The translations under genes and the position numbers were made by a program. This document shows, piece by piece, positions 13,965 through 27,960 of a stretch of 64,000 nt of DNA; the first letter of the stretch is position 1, and the number at the start of each line of letters is the position of its first letter. The stretch is taken from assembly GCF_009914755.1 (NCBI RefSeq), contig NC_060925.1; one strand, written 5' to 3'. A model generated the notes under the pieces. That model had not been told where the DNA came from. It did not search any database and was given only the letters and a program-made list of their open reading frames with translations. Source of the stretch: the human T2T-CHM13v2.0 reference genome, Homo sapiens.

Positions 13965-15049
13965 ATATTAAAAGAGACAGGAATGTGTTTAAGTTTGATT
14001 CCAAAAATAGTTTGTCTAATACCAAGGACAAAATGATGCTTTATAAACAGTGACTAGAATATTTGAACAACCCAAATTAAAAAATGTTAACAGTTAAATG
14101 AAAGCACACCCATTATGTACTATATATAATTAGACAAGTAGATATAGCTACTTATATCTTCTCTGACAAAGCAGCCTGCAACTTACGTATAGCAGGGTTT
14201 TTTGTTTTATGATAATAATTAATTAATTAGCCTTCAATGTGGGTGCTATTGAAATAGGAATACCTAAAAAAGTCTTCAACCAACCATCCATACATAAAAA
14301 GACTTCACCTCTGACTTGACTGAATCACTATTTATATATACCTATTACTCCACAATTAAGATTGTCATTTTACTTGATTTCAGCATTGTTCAACCAATTT
14401 AATAATGCATTACCTGTTCCTATGTGCTCTCTTAAATGAACTATACCCATATACCATGGAGATTAAGACCATACTAGACACCTGGCTTAGTGCTATCCCC
14501 AAATACCTGTTCAAAGATCTATCAAAGAATTCTAGAAAATAACATTCTTTATGGTAGCTGTAGAAAAATTGCTCAGTGGTTCTATTTACTTCTATTACAA
14601 ATAATGCTACTGACTTTACAGATAGAACTAGAGAACTTAGAAACCAACTCTTAGTAAGCCCAAAGAACTGTTTTTCTTCCTGGTAGAAGAACTGGAATGC
14701 TTATGTTTATTAGAGAATAACAACTTACTGAGATGTCATGTCCAGAAATGTGAGAAGCTCGATCAATGTGGATGGTGGACTAAAGATGCTGTCCTACAGC
14801 ATGTATCAACATTGACCTACTTTTTAAGTCTGGCAAGTTTTGAATCTTATTAGGTAAGAATTCCAAAGACTATTGATTTAATCTTTACTACCCTGACTCA
14901 ATCATAAGTTCTAAGAATATAAATCAAACATAATAAAATAAAACAAATTATAGCTTGATTTTAACTGTTCCTGAGATTTTTCTTAGTTCTCAGCTTTAAT
15001 GCCTGTTGTAAAGTCTTCCCTGACCTTATTTTTTCCATGATCTGCATCA

Positions 15050-15265
15050 AGCTTTCTTCATCTATAAAACATTGTTTTATATTTTATTCTAATAAGTTTT
15101 GGTGTATCATGATGAAGATAATGTGTTGAAGTGTCTGTCTTCTTTGCTGGACTGTAAGCCCTGAGAAGTTAGGAATCACAAAAGCCTTATTTATTGCTGT
15201 ATCCTTAGTGACAGAACAGTGGCTGGCATTTTTATTTACACATAAACATGTGTTCATGATTGAGC
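15050..15265 (+). mobile_element. L2 3' end remnant
   Basis: 'tgtctgtcttctttgctggactgtaagccctgag...tttattgctgtatccttagtgacagaacagtggctggca'. Confidence 0.6.
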
Positions 15266-15445
15266 ATCTCTTCTGAAAAAGCTGTTTATAATTATTTGGG
15301 GTAGTAATTATTTGATGTAAAATATTAGACCAGGAGTATCATATTTTTAAGTTAATTAACTCTAAATTGTAAAAAGTAACAATATCTAAGTAATTTATTT
15401 TTCCATTAATTTATTCAGCTTGCTAGTAGATTTGTCAGTTGAAAT

Positions 15446-15540
15446 GGGCTATATATATATATATATATATAGGCTACATATATATATTTCATACATATAT
15501 GAAATATGTGAAATATAGGCTACATACATATATATTTCAT
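15446..15540. repeat. (TA)n microsatellite with degenerate TA-rich direct repeat
   Basis: (TA) run followed by two copies of 'tataggctacata...tatatttcat'. Confidence 0.85.
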
Positions 15541-18500
15541 CAGTCTATTCTAGGTACCTTGATATGCCCTAAAAAACTCAATGTTGTGCTTTTCTAAGTT
15601 CTTCTATAAATGGGCAAACAAATATGAAATATTAATTATCATCCAAAAAATGCCATAAGGCCATGGTGAAGGTGGCTTGAATATCCTCAGGCTTTCTAAC
15701 ACTTAAAGTTATTATGTAGTATCCAGGGAGGAAGCGAAGTATTGCCCTCAAAAGGGCAACAAAATACCAATTCCCAGAGCTCAAACTTGCATTTCAAAAT
15801 TATTCTCATTGAATTAATAACAAAATACATTTTTATTTCATTGTTTCTAGCTAGTGAACTTTGTCTTAGTTATCCTGCTAACTAGCACCTTGGTTTTATT
15901 TTTTCCATTGACTACTACTGCTTTGTTGCCCTGAAAACTTTTCACCCAATATTCCCATTAGAGGTATGTCGTGATTATAGAAATTTGATTCAGTGTCTCA
16001 TATTTGCTTTCATTCTGTTTAACAGTGAAACCAGCTCAGGTGAATAATTTTTTGCACGTGTCTTCCTTTAATCCTTCAGATGACTTTTTGCTTCTAACTT
16101 ATATGTGTTCTGTTAGGCTTAGGAGAGATTAGGACAGTTTTTGATAAAATGATGCTAACAATAAATTGGCTTAAAACATGGAAACTTAGTATTTCTGAGG
16201 AGAAGTTGTACTGGCTTTAAATATCTCAAATATTAGTGTAATAAAAATGGTAAATGTAGTCCCAACCTCTCTTTGAAACTATGTCAGAAGTTCTTTTCAG
16301 ATTTTTATTAGAGATTTTATACTTTATTTCAGGCAGAAGTTTTAACAAGAAGTATCTATAGACATGGGAACAGATGAAGATAGGGATCACTTTCAAAAGA
16401 AGATATAAGAGGACAGATATAACATGAATAGTTTCAGTGCAGCCTCCTGCTTCTACATCTGGATGAAAAGTCCTTCTGAGGTCTTTCCAACTCTGAATCT
16501 CTCAGAGGAATATGTTTATACATGGCTGAGAATCAGGAAGCCTAACCTCTGGGAAATGATTGCTCATAATAGTTGCACTCCCTGGTCCATAAAATATTTT
16601 CTAAAAATAGAAACTCACAGACGTGGAATTAAAAGACAGGTAATAAAACTAACGAGCAGAATATCACAGAGACACAGTAGTATTACTGTGAAGAATACTG
16701 AAGGAATACAGTACTATGCTGGTATGTTTCATCAAAAAATAGATCAAATGAAACAAAAATTTTTCTCTCAACTTTTTTCTCAAAAAGCAAGAACATGGAT
16801 GTTCTGTGTATATATGAAGTGAGGAGGCATTGTTAATTCTAAAATATTAGAGATGTTGAGGAGAGGGTTCAAAAGTGGAAAAAAATGATGCTAAAAGATT
16901 TGAATGTAACATAAAAGTAAAGCAATTAGTTTTGTTAAAAAGAAAAAGTAAAAGGTGGAGGTGATACTGAGACTGGGTTTTTTAAACAATGTTTTTTTAT
17001 TTTTAATTTTTGTGGGTACATAGTAGATGTACATATTTATGGTGTTAGGAGATATTTTGGTACAGGCATGAGATGTGTAAAATCATGCCATGAAAAATCA
17101 AGTATCCATTCCTTCAAGTATTGATCCTTTGTTTTACAGTCCAATTATACACTTTCAGTTATTTTAAAATGTATAATTAAATTATTATTGCCTATATCCC
17201 CCTCTTTTATGCTATCAAATACTAGGTCTTATTCATTTTTCCAAATTATTTCCTTTTGTACCCATTAGTCATTCCAATCTCCTCCTCACCATCCCACCCA
17301 ACTGCCTTTCCAGCCTCTCATAATCAGCCTTCTATTCTCTATCTCCATGAGTTCATTTATTTTGATTTTTAGATCTCACAAATAAGTGAAAACATGAGAT
17401 ATTTGTGGGTGGGGGTTGGGGGGGAAATGCGCGCGGGCGCCTGGCTTATTTTACTTAACATAATGACCTCCAGTTCCATCCAGGTTGTTGCAAATGACAG
17501 AATCTCATTCTTTCTTATAGCTGAATACTACTCTGTTGTCTGTAAGTATCACATTTTCTTTATTCATTCACCTGTTGATGGACACTTAGGTTGCTTCCAA
17601 ATCTTAGTTATTGTAAACAGTGCAACAACAAACACAGGAGTGCAGATATCTATTTGATATACTAACTTTTACCATTTGGGTATATTCTCAGCGGTGGGAT
17701 GGCTAGATCATATGGTAGCTTTATTTTTAGTTTTTTGAGGGTCCTCCAACTTGTTCTCCATAGTTGTTGTACTAACTGACATTCCCACCAAGAGTGTAAA
17801 AGGGTTCCTTCCCCTTTCTCAACATCTTGTTGGCATGTGTTATTGCCTATCATGGATAAAAGCCATTATAACTGGTCTGAAAGGACATCTCATTGTAGTT
17901 TTGATTTACTTTTCTCTGATGGCCATAATATTGAGCGTCTTTACATATGCTTGTTTGCCATTTGTATGTTTTCTTTGTAAAATGTCTATTCAAATATTTT
18001 GCCCATTTTTAAATTGGAATATCATATTTTTTTCCTGTAGAGTTGATTAAGCTCCTTATATATTCTGGTTATTAATCCCTCGACAGAGAGGTAGTTGGCA
18101 AATATTTTCTCCCATTCTTTGGGTTGTTTCTTCTCTTTGTTGATTGTTTCTTTGTTGTTCAAAAGCTTTTTAATGTGATGTAATCCTATTTGTCCGTTTT
18201 TGTTTTGGTTGCCTATTCTTATAGGTTTTCTCAATAAATTTTTGCCCATAACCATGTTCTGTAGAGTTTTACCAATGTTTCATTTTAGTAGTTTTATAGT
18301 TTAACATCTATGGTTTAACTCTTTAATTCATTTTGACTTGATTTTTGTATATGGCGAGAGATAGGGGTCTAGTTCCTTTCTGCTGCATATGGATATCTAG
18401 TTTCCCCAGCACCATTTATTTAAGAGACTGTCTTTTCTCCAGTGTATGTTCTTGGCACCTTTGTTCAAAATAAGTTTACTCTAAGTGTATGGATGTGTGT

Positions 18501-21500
18501 CTGGGTTCTCAATTCTGTTCCCTCGGTCTATGTGTCTATTTTTATGCCAATACCATGTGGTTTTGGTTAGTATAGCTCTGTAGTATAATTTGAAGTCAGG
18601 TAATGTAATTCCTCCAGTTTTCTGTGGTTTCATATGAATGTTATGATTTTTTTCTATTTTTATGAAGACTGTCATTGATATTTTGATAGAGATTACATCA
18701 AATCTGCATATTGCATTTGGCCATAGGGCCATTTTAACAATATTTATTCTTCTAATTAATGAACATGGAATATCTTTTTCATTTTTGTGTTTTGTCTTCA
18801 ATGTTTTTATCAATGTTTTATAGTTTTTATTACAGAGATCTTTCAGTTTGGTTAATTTAATTCCTAGGTATTTTATTTTATCTATGGCTATTGTAAATGG
18901 TATTAATTTCTTGACTTCTTTTTCAGTTTGTTCAGTTTGGGTATAGAAATACTACTGATTTTTGTATGTTGATTTTGAATCCTACAATTTTACTAAATTT
19001 CTTTATTAGTTCTAATAGTTTTCTTGTGGAATCTTTATGTTTTTCCAAATATAAAATTATAACATTTTCAAAGAAGGATAATTTGACTTTTTCCTTTCCA
19101 ATTAGGATGCCTTTTGTTTCTTTTTCTTGTCTGATTGCAGTAGCTAGGACTTCTAGTATTAGTTTGAATTACAGTGGTAAAAGTGGGCACTTTTGCCATG
19201 TTCCAGATCTAAGAGGAAAAGCTTTAAGTTTTTCCCCAGGCAGTGTGATACTAGCTGTCCATCTGTCATAGATGACTTTTGTTAAGGTATGTTCTTTCTA
19301 TAACCAGTTTTTTGAGAGCTTTGATCATGGAAAGATATTGAACTTTATCTAATGCTTTCCCAGCATCAATTGAAATAGTCATATGGCTTTTGTCCTTCTT
19401 TCTGTTGATAAGATGTATCACCTGAATTGATTTTTTTGTGTTGAACCATCCTTGCATCTCCGTGATAAATCCTACTTGATCATAATGAATGACATTTTTA
19501 GTGCATTGTTGAATTCAGTTTGCTAGTATTTTTGAGAATTTTTGCATGAATATTCGTTAGATATATTGGCTTTTTTATGTGACTTTATCTGATTTTGGTA
19601 TAAGGGTAATTCTGACTCCATTGGATGGGTTTGAAAGTATTTCCTCCTTCTCTATTTTGAAACTATTTTCTCTAGTTTGGGTATAGGATTGATATTGGCT
19701 CTTCTTTAAATAATTGGTAAAATCCAGCTGTGAAGCCATCAGGTCCCAGGCTTTTCTTTACTTGGAGACTTTTTTTATTACAGCATCAAAATCATTACTT
19801 GTTACTAGTGTATTCCGGTTTTGGGTTTCTTATGGTTCAATCTTTGTAGGTGGTATGTTTCTAGGGATGTATCCATTTCTTCTAGATTTTTCAATTTATT
19901 GGCATATAGTTACTTACAGCAGCCAACAATAATCCTTTGAATTTCTGTTACCAGTTGTAATGTCTCCTTTTTCATCCCTGATTTTATTTATTTGAGTCTT
20001 CTCTCTTGTTTTGTAAATCTGGCTGAAGTTTGTCATTTTTGTTTTTCAATTATAAAAACACCCAACTTTTAGTTTCATTGCTCTTTTGGATTGTTTTATT
20101 TTTTAAAATTTTATTTTTTCTCTGATTCTTAACATTTATATTCTTCCAATTTGGGGTTTGGTTTGCTCTTGCTTTGCTAGTTCTTCAAGATCCATTGCTA
20201 GGTTATTTAGTTGAGGTTTTTCTTTTGTTATGCAGGTATTTATAGATATAAATTTCTCTTTTAGCACTGCTTTTGCTGTATCCCATTAAGTTTGGTATGC
20301 TGTGTTTCCATTATGACTCATTTCAAAAAATTTTTCAGATTTCCTCTTAATTTTTTCATTGACACATTAGGCATTCAGGAGAATAGTTTTTAATTTCCAT
20401 GTGTTTGTATCATTTCCAAAATTCCTCATTATTAATTTCTAGTTTTATGTCATTGTGATCAGGGAAAATTCTTGATATTATTTCAATTTTTTAAAATGTT
20501 TTAAGTCTTGTTTTGTAACCTAACATATGGTCTGTCCTTGAGAATGATCCATTTGCTGAGAAGAAAAATGTGTATTCTGTAGCTACTGGACAAAATGTTC
20601 TGTAAATATCTATGAAGACCATTTGATCCATAATGCCAATTAATTCTAATGTTTCTTTGTTGACTTTTTCTCTGAAAGATCTGTCCAATGCTGAAAATGG
20701 GGTGTTGAAGTCTCCAGCTATTTTTGTATTGGGGGTCTGTATCTCACTTTATCCCGAATAATATTTGCTTTATGTATGTGGGTGCTCCAATATTGAGTGC
20801 ACATAAATTTACATTCTTGTAATCTCTTGCTGAATTGACCCTTTTATCAAGACATGGTGATCTTCTTTGTCTCTTCTTATAGTTTTTGTCTTGAAATCTA
20901 TTTTGTCTAAGTAACTCCTGTTTTTTTTTTTTTTGTTTTTTGTTTTTTGGTTTCCATTGGCATGGAATATTATTTTCTATCCCTTTGTTTTCAGTCAATT
21001 TTTGTCTTTATAGGAGAAATGTGTTTCTTGTAGTCAATGAATAATTGAGTCATTTTTTAAAATTCATTCGGCCACTCTATGTCTTTTCATTGGAGAGTTT
21101 TGTTCATTTACATTCAATGTTATTATTGATAAATAGGGACTTACTCCTGCCATTTTCTTATTTGTTTTCTGTTTATTTTGGAGTCTTTTCTTCCTTCTTT
21201 CCTTTCTTTCTGCCTTTGTTCTAGTGAAGGTGATTTTATCTTGTGCTGTGCTTTAATATTTTGCTTTTTACTTTTTGTGTGTCTGTTGTGTGTTTTTCAA
21301 TCTGAAGTAAGCATGAGGCTTGCAAATATTATAACCCATTATTTTAAATTGATGACAACGTATCACTGACTGAATAAAGAAACATGCAATAAGAAAGCTA
21401 ATAAAAATTCAACACTTCTACTTTGTCCCCCACTTTTTAATCTTGTGTTGTTTCCTTGTATGTCTTATTGTACTGTCTTCATCTTAAAAAGTTACTGTAG

Positions 21501-22165
21501 TTATTATTTTTTATTGGCTCATCATTTGTTATTTCTACTTAAGACAAGAGTAATTTATGTACCACCATTACTTTGTCATCATATTCTGTGTTTTTCTGTG
21601 TGCTTAATATTACCAGTGAATCTTGCGCCTTCAGATTTCTTCTTGCTTATTAACTGACCTCCATGTAGCATTTCTTGTAAGGTAGGTCTGGTGTTGATGA
21701 AATCCCTTAGCTTTTGTTTGTCTGGGAAGGTCTTTATTTCTCCTTCTTGTTTGAAGGATATTTTCACCAGATATAGCATTCTAAAGTAAAAGGGTTTTTT
21801 CCTTCAGCACTTTCAATATGTCATGCCACTCTCTCCTGGCTTATAACATTTCCACAAGAAAGCCTGCTGCCAGAGGTATTGGAACTCTGTTGCATGTTAT
21901 TTGTTCCTCTTCTCTTACTGCTTTTAGGATTCTTTCTTTATCCTTGACCTTTGGAAGTTTGATTATTAAATAAATGCCTCAAGGTAGTCTTATCTGAATT
22001 AAATCTGCTTGGTATTCTATTTTACTTTAATGTTGATCTCTTTTTTAGGTTTGAAAACTTCTCTGTCATTATCCCTTTGAATATATTTTCTCCCACTATG
22101 TCTTTCTCTACCTCCTTTTAAGACCAATAACTCTTAAATCTGCCTGTTACTATTTTCCAGATTTT

Positions 22166-22488
22166 GGCCAGGCATGGTGGCTCACGCCTATAATCCCAGG
22201 ATTTTGGGATGCCAAAGCGAGAAGATCACATGAGGTCAGGAGTTTGAGACCAGCCTGGCCAACATGGTGAAACCCTGTATCTACTAAAAATTCAAAATAA
22301 TTATCCAAGCATGGTGGTGTATGTCTATAGTCCCAGCTACTTGGCAGCCTGATGCAGGACAATCGCTTGAACTCAGGAGGCAGAGGTTGTAGCAGTCTGG
22401 GATCACACCACTGCAATCCAGCCTGGGCGACAGAGTGAGACTCTGTCTCAAAATAATAATAATAATAATAAATATATCAATAAATAAA
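22166..22488 (+). mobile_element. AluS inserted in the L1 ORF1 region
   Basis: Dimeric Alu with (AAT)n tail; TSD ACTATTTTC(C/T)AGATTTT at 22149-22165 and 22489-22505. Confidence 0.95.
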
Positions 22489-23225
22489 ACTATTTTCTAG
22501 ATTTTGTAGCCATGCTTTATTGCTTTTAATTTCTTTTTCTTTTGTCTTCTCTATTTATGTTCAAATAGCCTATTTTCAAGCTCACTAATTCTTTCTTCTC
22601 CTTGGTCAGGTGAGTTCTGCTATTAAGAGAAAGATGCATTATTGAACATTTCAATTGCATTTTTCAACTCTAGAATTTCTGCTTGATTCTTTTTAGTAAT
22701 TTCAATCTCTTTATTAAATTATCTGATAGAACTCTGAATTTAATCTCCTGTGTTATCTTGAATGTCTTTGTGTGTTTTCTAAACAGTTATTTTGAATTAT
22801 CTGTCTGAAAATAGTATATCTCTATTTCTCCAGGATTGATCCTTGGTGCCTTATTTAGTTCATTTGCTGAGGTCATGTTTTCCAGCATAGTGTTAATGCT
22901 TTTAAGTGTTTGTCAATATATGGACATTGAAGAATTAGGTATTTATTGTAGTCTTCACAGTCTGGGTGTTTGATCCTTGACTTCTTGAAAAAGCTTTCCA
23001 GGTATTCCAGTAGACTTGGGCTTCAAGCCCAATAACAGTTGTTGTTGTTGTTGTTGTTTTGTTTTGTTTTTCTTTTTCTTTATTTCATTTTATTTTGTTA
23101 TTTTATTTTATTTTTTGCAGACTCGTAGAGGTACCATCTTGATGGTCTTAGATAAGATCCTGAAGAATTCTCTGGATTACCAGGCAGAGGCTTTTGTTCT
23201 TTTTCCTTATTTCCTCCTAAAGAGA

Positions 23226-23227
<2 letters not shown>

Positions 23228-23282
<55 letters not shown>

Positions 23283-23288
23283 ACTCTC
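23228..23288. repeat. (CT)n microsatellite within the L1 5'UTR
   Basis: Uninterrupted CT run followed by CTCA variants. Confidence 0.95.
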
Positions 23289-26200
23289 TTGGCTGAGCCA
23301 CCTGGAACTGGGGGCATGGTGATGCAAGGCTCACTGTGGACATCACCACTGGGACAGCACTGGGCCAGATCTGAAGCCAGCACATCACTGGGTCTTGCCC
23401 AAGGCCTTTCTCTTCTGGGTGGTGTGTTCCCCAAGGTCCCAGGTGTAGCCAGAGATGCTGCCTGGGAGCCAGAGATCAGAGTCAAAAATCTTAGCAGTTT
23501 ATCTGGTATTCTGTTCTACTGTGACTAAACTGGCATTCAAAACTGGCACTCAAACTATAATACAAAGTCCTTTCTGCTCTTCCCTTCCCTTCCCATAGGC
23601 AGTGGAGTCTCTGTGGCCATCATCACCACTGTTCCACAAGGGGTTCTACCAGGCCACTGTCAATGTTCACCTAAAGCACAAGGGCTGCTTCATCAGCTTG
23701 TGGCCAATTCTGCCAGGCCTGGTTTTCACTCTTCAAGGCAATGGGCTGCCCTCTGACTCCAGGGCAGGTCCGGAGCAACAAACAGGCTCTTGGGATCCTT
23801 AAGTTAAGGCCTATGCTTAGGATACCCAAGTTAAGGCCTAGGCACAGGACACTAAAAGCCTGTTTTTTGGGGGATCCTAAGAGCCTGCTTGTTGCTCTAC
23901 CCAACTGTGGCCAAGCTGGTACCTTAGGTGCAAGATGAATTCCCCTTTGCTTTTTCCTCTGCTTTTCTCAAACAAAGAGAGACTTTGATGGCTGAGAATG
24001 TGCTGAGTTACTCCTGAAGCCAGCATGTCTCCAAATCTAAGGCCCATGGTGTACTGCCTGCATATTGATGCTGTTTATTCAGGGCCCAAAAGCTCTTTAG
24101 TCCAGGAGGTGATGACTCCTGCCAGGACTGGGTCCTTCACTTCAAGGCAGCAGGCTTCATTTTGGTGCAGGATATGTCTAGAAATGTTGTTTGTGAGCTA
24201 AGGCCTGGAATGAGGGCCTCAGGACTCTGCTCAGTGGCCTATTTTACTGTGGCTGAACTGGTATCCAAGATACCAGACAAAGTCCTTACTTTCTGCGGTC
24301 CTCAAGCAGAAGGAAGGAGTCAGTTTTGTTGATGTAAGCTGCACTGCCTGGGGCACAACCACTTCCTTAGTTGGGCCAACTGGTGTCTCCCTAGGTCACA
24401 CAGCACCTTACTTTATTGGCTGTAGGCCCAGCCTAGCATTGGGAGTTGCCTAGAAATTGCAGTCATTGTGTCTTCGACTGCGTTTCAAGTTTACCTGGGA
24501 CTTCAGAGCACTTCAGCCTGTGGTGGGAAGTCTTGCCATGAAACTCAAGTTCTGACTGCAGGGATGGGCAATTCCCCTCTGCCTAGGGCTCATTCAATGC
24601 TCCCTCCATGCACGGGGAGTGGCTAAGCCCATCACAGCTTTATTCTCCACTATGACAGGGCATCAGTGAATTCAATGTAAAGTCCCTCAGTCACTGCACT
24701 CTTCCTTCCCAAAATGCAGACTCTTTCTCTGCACTACATGGCTGCTGCCAGTGGATGGAGCAGGGGTAGTATCTGTGATTGAAGACTGTCACGCCTGCCC
24801 TCCTCAGTGTCTGTTTCAGCAACATGAAGTTAAATCCAGTAATTACTCACCTGATTTTTTATTCTTGTGACAGTGCTTTTCTGTATGCAGATAGTTGTTA
24901 AAATGTGATGTTCCAGTAGGAAGAATGAACGCTAAAGGCATTCCACCATCTTGTTACACTCTCCAGATGAGACCGGCTTTTTTATGGCAACAACCGCTAT
25001 CATTTTTATGCTAACTATTACCATTAACCTAGATCATCATGACTAGGGTCTTGAGAATCTTGTGTATGTTTGGAGACAGAAAGTGTGGTATAAAGGAGGA
25101 CCATACTAATGATGCATTAAGTTTTTATTTTGTTTTTCAGAAATTGAAGTGCAGTGGGACAACACATCATGTCAATATGTAATTGTTGAAATGCTAGTTG
25201 CATCTCAGAAAATCTTTACATGAAACCAAATTATTTTAAGTGAACCAGATTATAGCAACGTGCTTAAATATATTTAAAGTATTCAATATATTGAGTCTCC
25301 CAAATTATAAGTCTATGCCCACTGTTTTCTCTTCTTTCCCTTTAATTTCTAGGATAGTTTCTTTCCATTTTTTTTATATTTTGTATTGTTTTAACATTAA
25401 GTGGTTAAAAGAGTAGAGTGATGATTGTACACTTTGTATGGCTCTGTAGACCATTTTATTCCTGCCATTGGCTCAACCTGGCTGGAGAGAGGTAACACTC
25501 CATAGGTACCTGGGCTCTACTCTTTAACATTGCAACAGCCAAGCCAGCAGAGTAAGAATAAGCAGGTTCACATTTTATGACTCACAATGTGTGCAATGGG
25601 AATTACTCAGAAAAGCTGGTTTTGTTCTGCCAATACAATCAAAAGCAGAAAATAGGGGGCAGAGATTAAATCATCAATATATTTATGTGAATACTTACAA
25701 GGCAGGAATCTTCACCAATAACTAAGTATGCTCAATTAAATTGGTGACTGACAATGTAGAAAAATACAAATGTACGTAATTCTCTTACACTTGGATTTGA
25801 ATTAGGGTTAAATTAAGTTTTATTCCTAATATGTAGTTATTCTGTGGAGGAGTAGCCATAGAAGTGTTTATTGAATGTTTTATTAAATGTGTAGATCTTT
25901 TGGAGAATTAAAATTCACCAACTTAGAGCCCAGTGACACAAACATAGATTGTATGCAATGGGTGGCTAAAGTAGACTTCAATAACTGATAATGAAACTCT
26001 CTGAATGTGCAGATTACACCTTAGAATTCTTCCTAAAACAGTGAGATACAAAACCATAAATGATAAGCAGAAATGATCAACGAAAATAAGCACATTTGCA
26101 ATACCAGTCCACATCCTAAAGACCGGTACAGTCTATTTAATAACTCAAGCTCTGTTCACTGCCTGAAATGGAGATACAGAAGTTGGTGTCTAAGAGCTCT

Positions 26201-26354
26201 CTCTTGGTTTGACTAGAAGACTTCTACTTAATGGGTTGTATATATATAAATGCCAAATAAAAATTTTCTCATAAAATGTTTATTTATTTTAATTTTATTA
26301 AACAAAACTCTCTGGTGTGATGGAAAAAATAACATTACTTAAGAAATATAATAT

Positions 26355-26652
<298 letters not shown>

Positions 26653-26653
26653 T

Positions 26654-27152
26654 TATATATATATATATACACACACACATATATATGTATACATATATAT
26701 GTATATATATACCCAATATATGTGTATATATGTATGTATATATACATATACATACATACATATATGTACATACATATATACATACATACATATATATGTA
26801 CATACATATATACATACATACATATATACATATATATACACACATATATACAGATATACATATATACATACATATATACATATAACATATATACATACAT
26901 ACATATATACATATAACATATATACATACATACATATATACATATAACATATATACATACATATATACATATGTATACATACATATATGTATACATATAT
27001 GTATACATACATATATGTATACATACATATATGTATACATATATGTATACATATATGTATACATACATATATGTATATATATATTGTTATATATAACATA
27101 TATATGATATATTATATATATTGTTTTATATGTATATATATATAGAGAGAGA
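26654..27152. repeat. ~500 bp compound (TA)/(TACA)/(TATG) microsatellite
   Basis: Direct reading; source of the YIHT/MYVY pseudo-ORFs. Confidence 0.95.
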
Positions 27153-27559
27153 TAATAGTACAGTTTCACAGGGTTTTGTGAAGGTTGTATGAAATACTGT
27201 AGTTGCTTAGCCCTGTGACTAGTATCATTGGTTTTCTTAATCAAATCCATTATGCTTTCTGCTCCACTAGTTAGCTTTATGACTCTTCACAATAACTTAA
27301 CTTAAATGAAACTGTTTCTGCCTAAGTTATGTGAGAAGGCTAACCACTGCCCTACACCTGGAATGTCTGTAACTTGATTACTCTAATCCAAAATATTAAT
27401 TAGGCCAAAAGATTTTTATTATTTATTTCTAATTTAAAATGTTTTATGATACTCAAATATTTAGAAGATAAATTAGAAGAGAAACAAAATAAGAGGCCGA
27501 GACATTGAATAAGAGAATATTATACTTACCTGAAAGATGAATAGGAAATAAGATAACAC

Positions 27560-27960
27560 TGTGAATGGAGAAAAGGGCAGAGTAAGTGCCAACGTCATGG
27601 AATTAATAAACATCTAGATGCTGGAGTTTGAAGTAAGGTGAACTTTTAGATTGACTCCCAAGCCTTCAGCTTCTGAATCAGATTTATGGATAGGTGATGG
27701 CACCACTAAAATGATAGGAAATACAAAAGAAAAATGAAATATGCACTGAGTCCACTGAGGTGGTAAGAGGAATGACTAAGTGAATTTGGTTTTACATGTG
27801 GTTTGTTTGAGGTATGTAAAATGAAATAAAGTTTGCTCAACAGATACATAACTAGGAAGTTTTATCCTATAGGGTTATAAAAATTATGGAGTTGGATGCA
27901 TCTGGATGTTGGGTGATCTTAGCAAGAAATTTCCAGAGTGTGCACACTAATGAGCAGGAA
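27560..27960 (-). mobile_element. L2 remnant
   Basis: 'ttgactcccaagccttcagcttctg...gtgatggcaccactaaaatgataggaaataca...tgaatttggttttacatgtgg'. Confidence 0.5.

Larger units (their letters stand above)
16985..24967 (-). mobile_element. Full-length, inactivated L1MA2/L1MA3-like LINE-1 (~8 kb including an inserted Alu)
   Basis: L1MA2-type 3' end at ~16990; ORF2 RT/EN fragments (18481-20998, e.g. MQGWFN, GGITLPDFKLYY); ORF1 C-terminus (21579-21779, ISFKQEGEIKTFPDKQKLRDF); GC-richer 5'UTR; YY1 core CAAGATGG at the 5' end; 17-bp TSD with 2 mismatches (16968-16984, 24968-24984). Confidence 0.92.

Noticed and set aside
16320-16822. Acceptor-like TTTATTTCAG at ~16332 and a 132-aa ORF (16424-16822) in non-repeat DNA
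   Set aside because: No recognisable protein similarity and no paired exons; such signals are expected by chance in AT-rich DNA
23016-23528. 170-aa ORF with poly-Cys and SL repeats
   Set aside because: Reads through (GTT)n and (CT)n microsatellites in an antisense L1 5'UTR
16968-24984. TSD copies exactly 8000 bp apart
   Set aside because: Coincidence of L1 length plus an Alu insertion; the junctions look like natural retrotransposition
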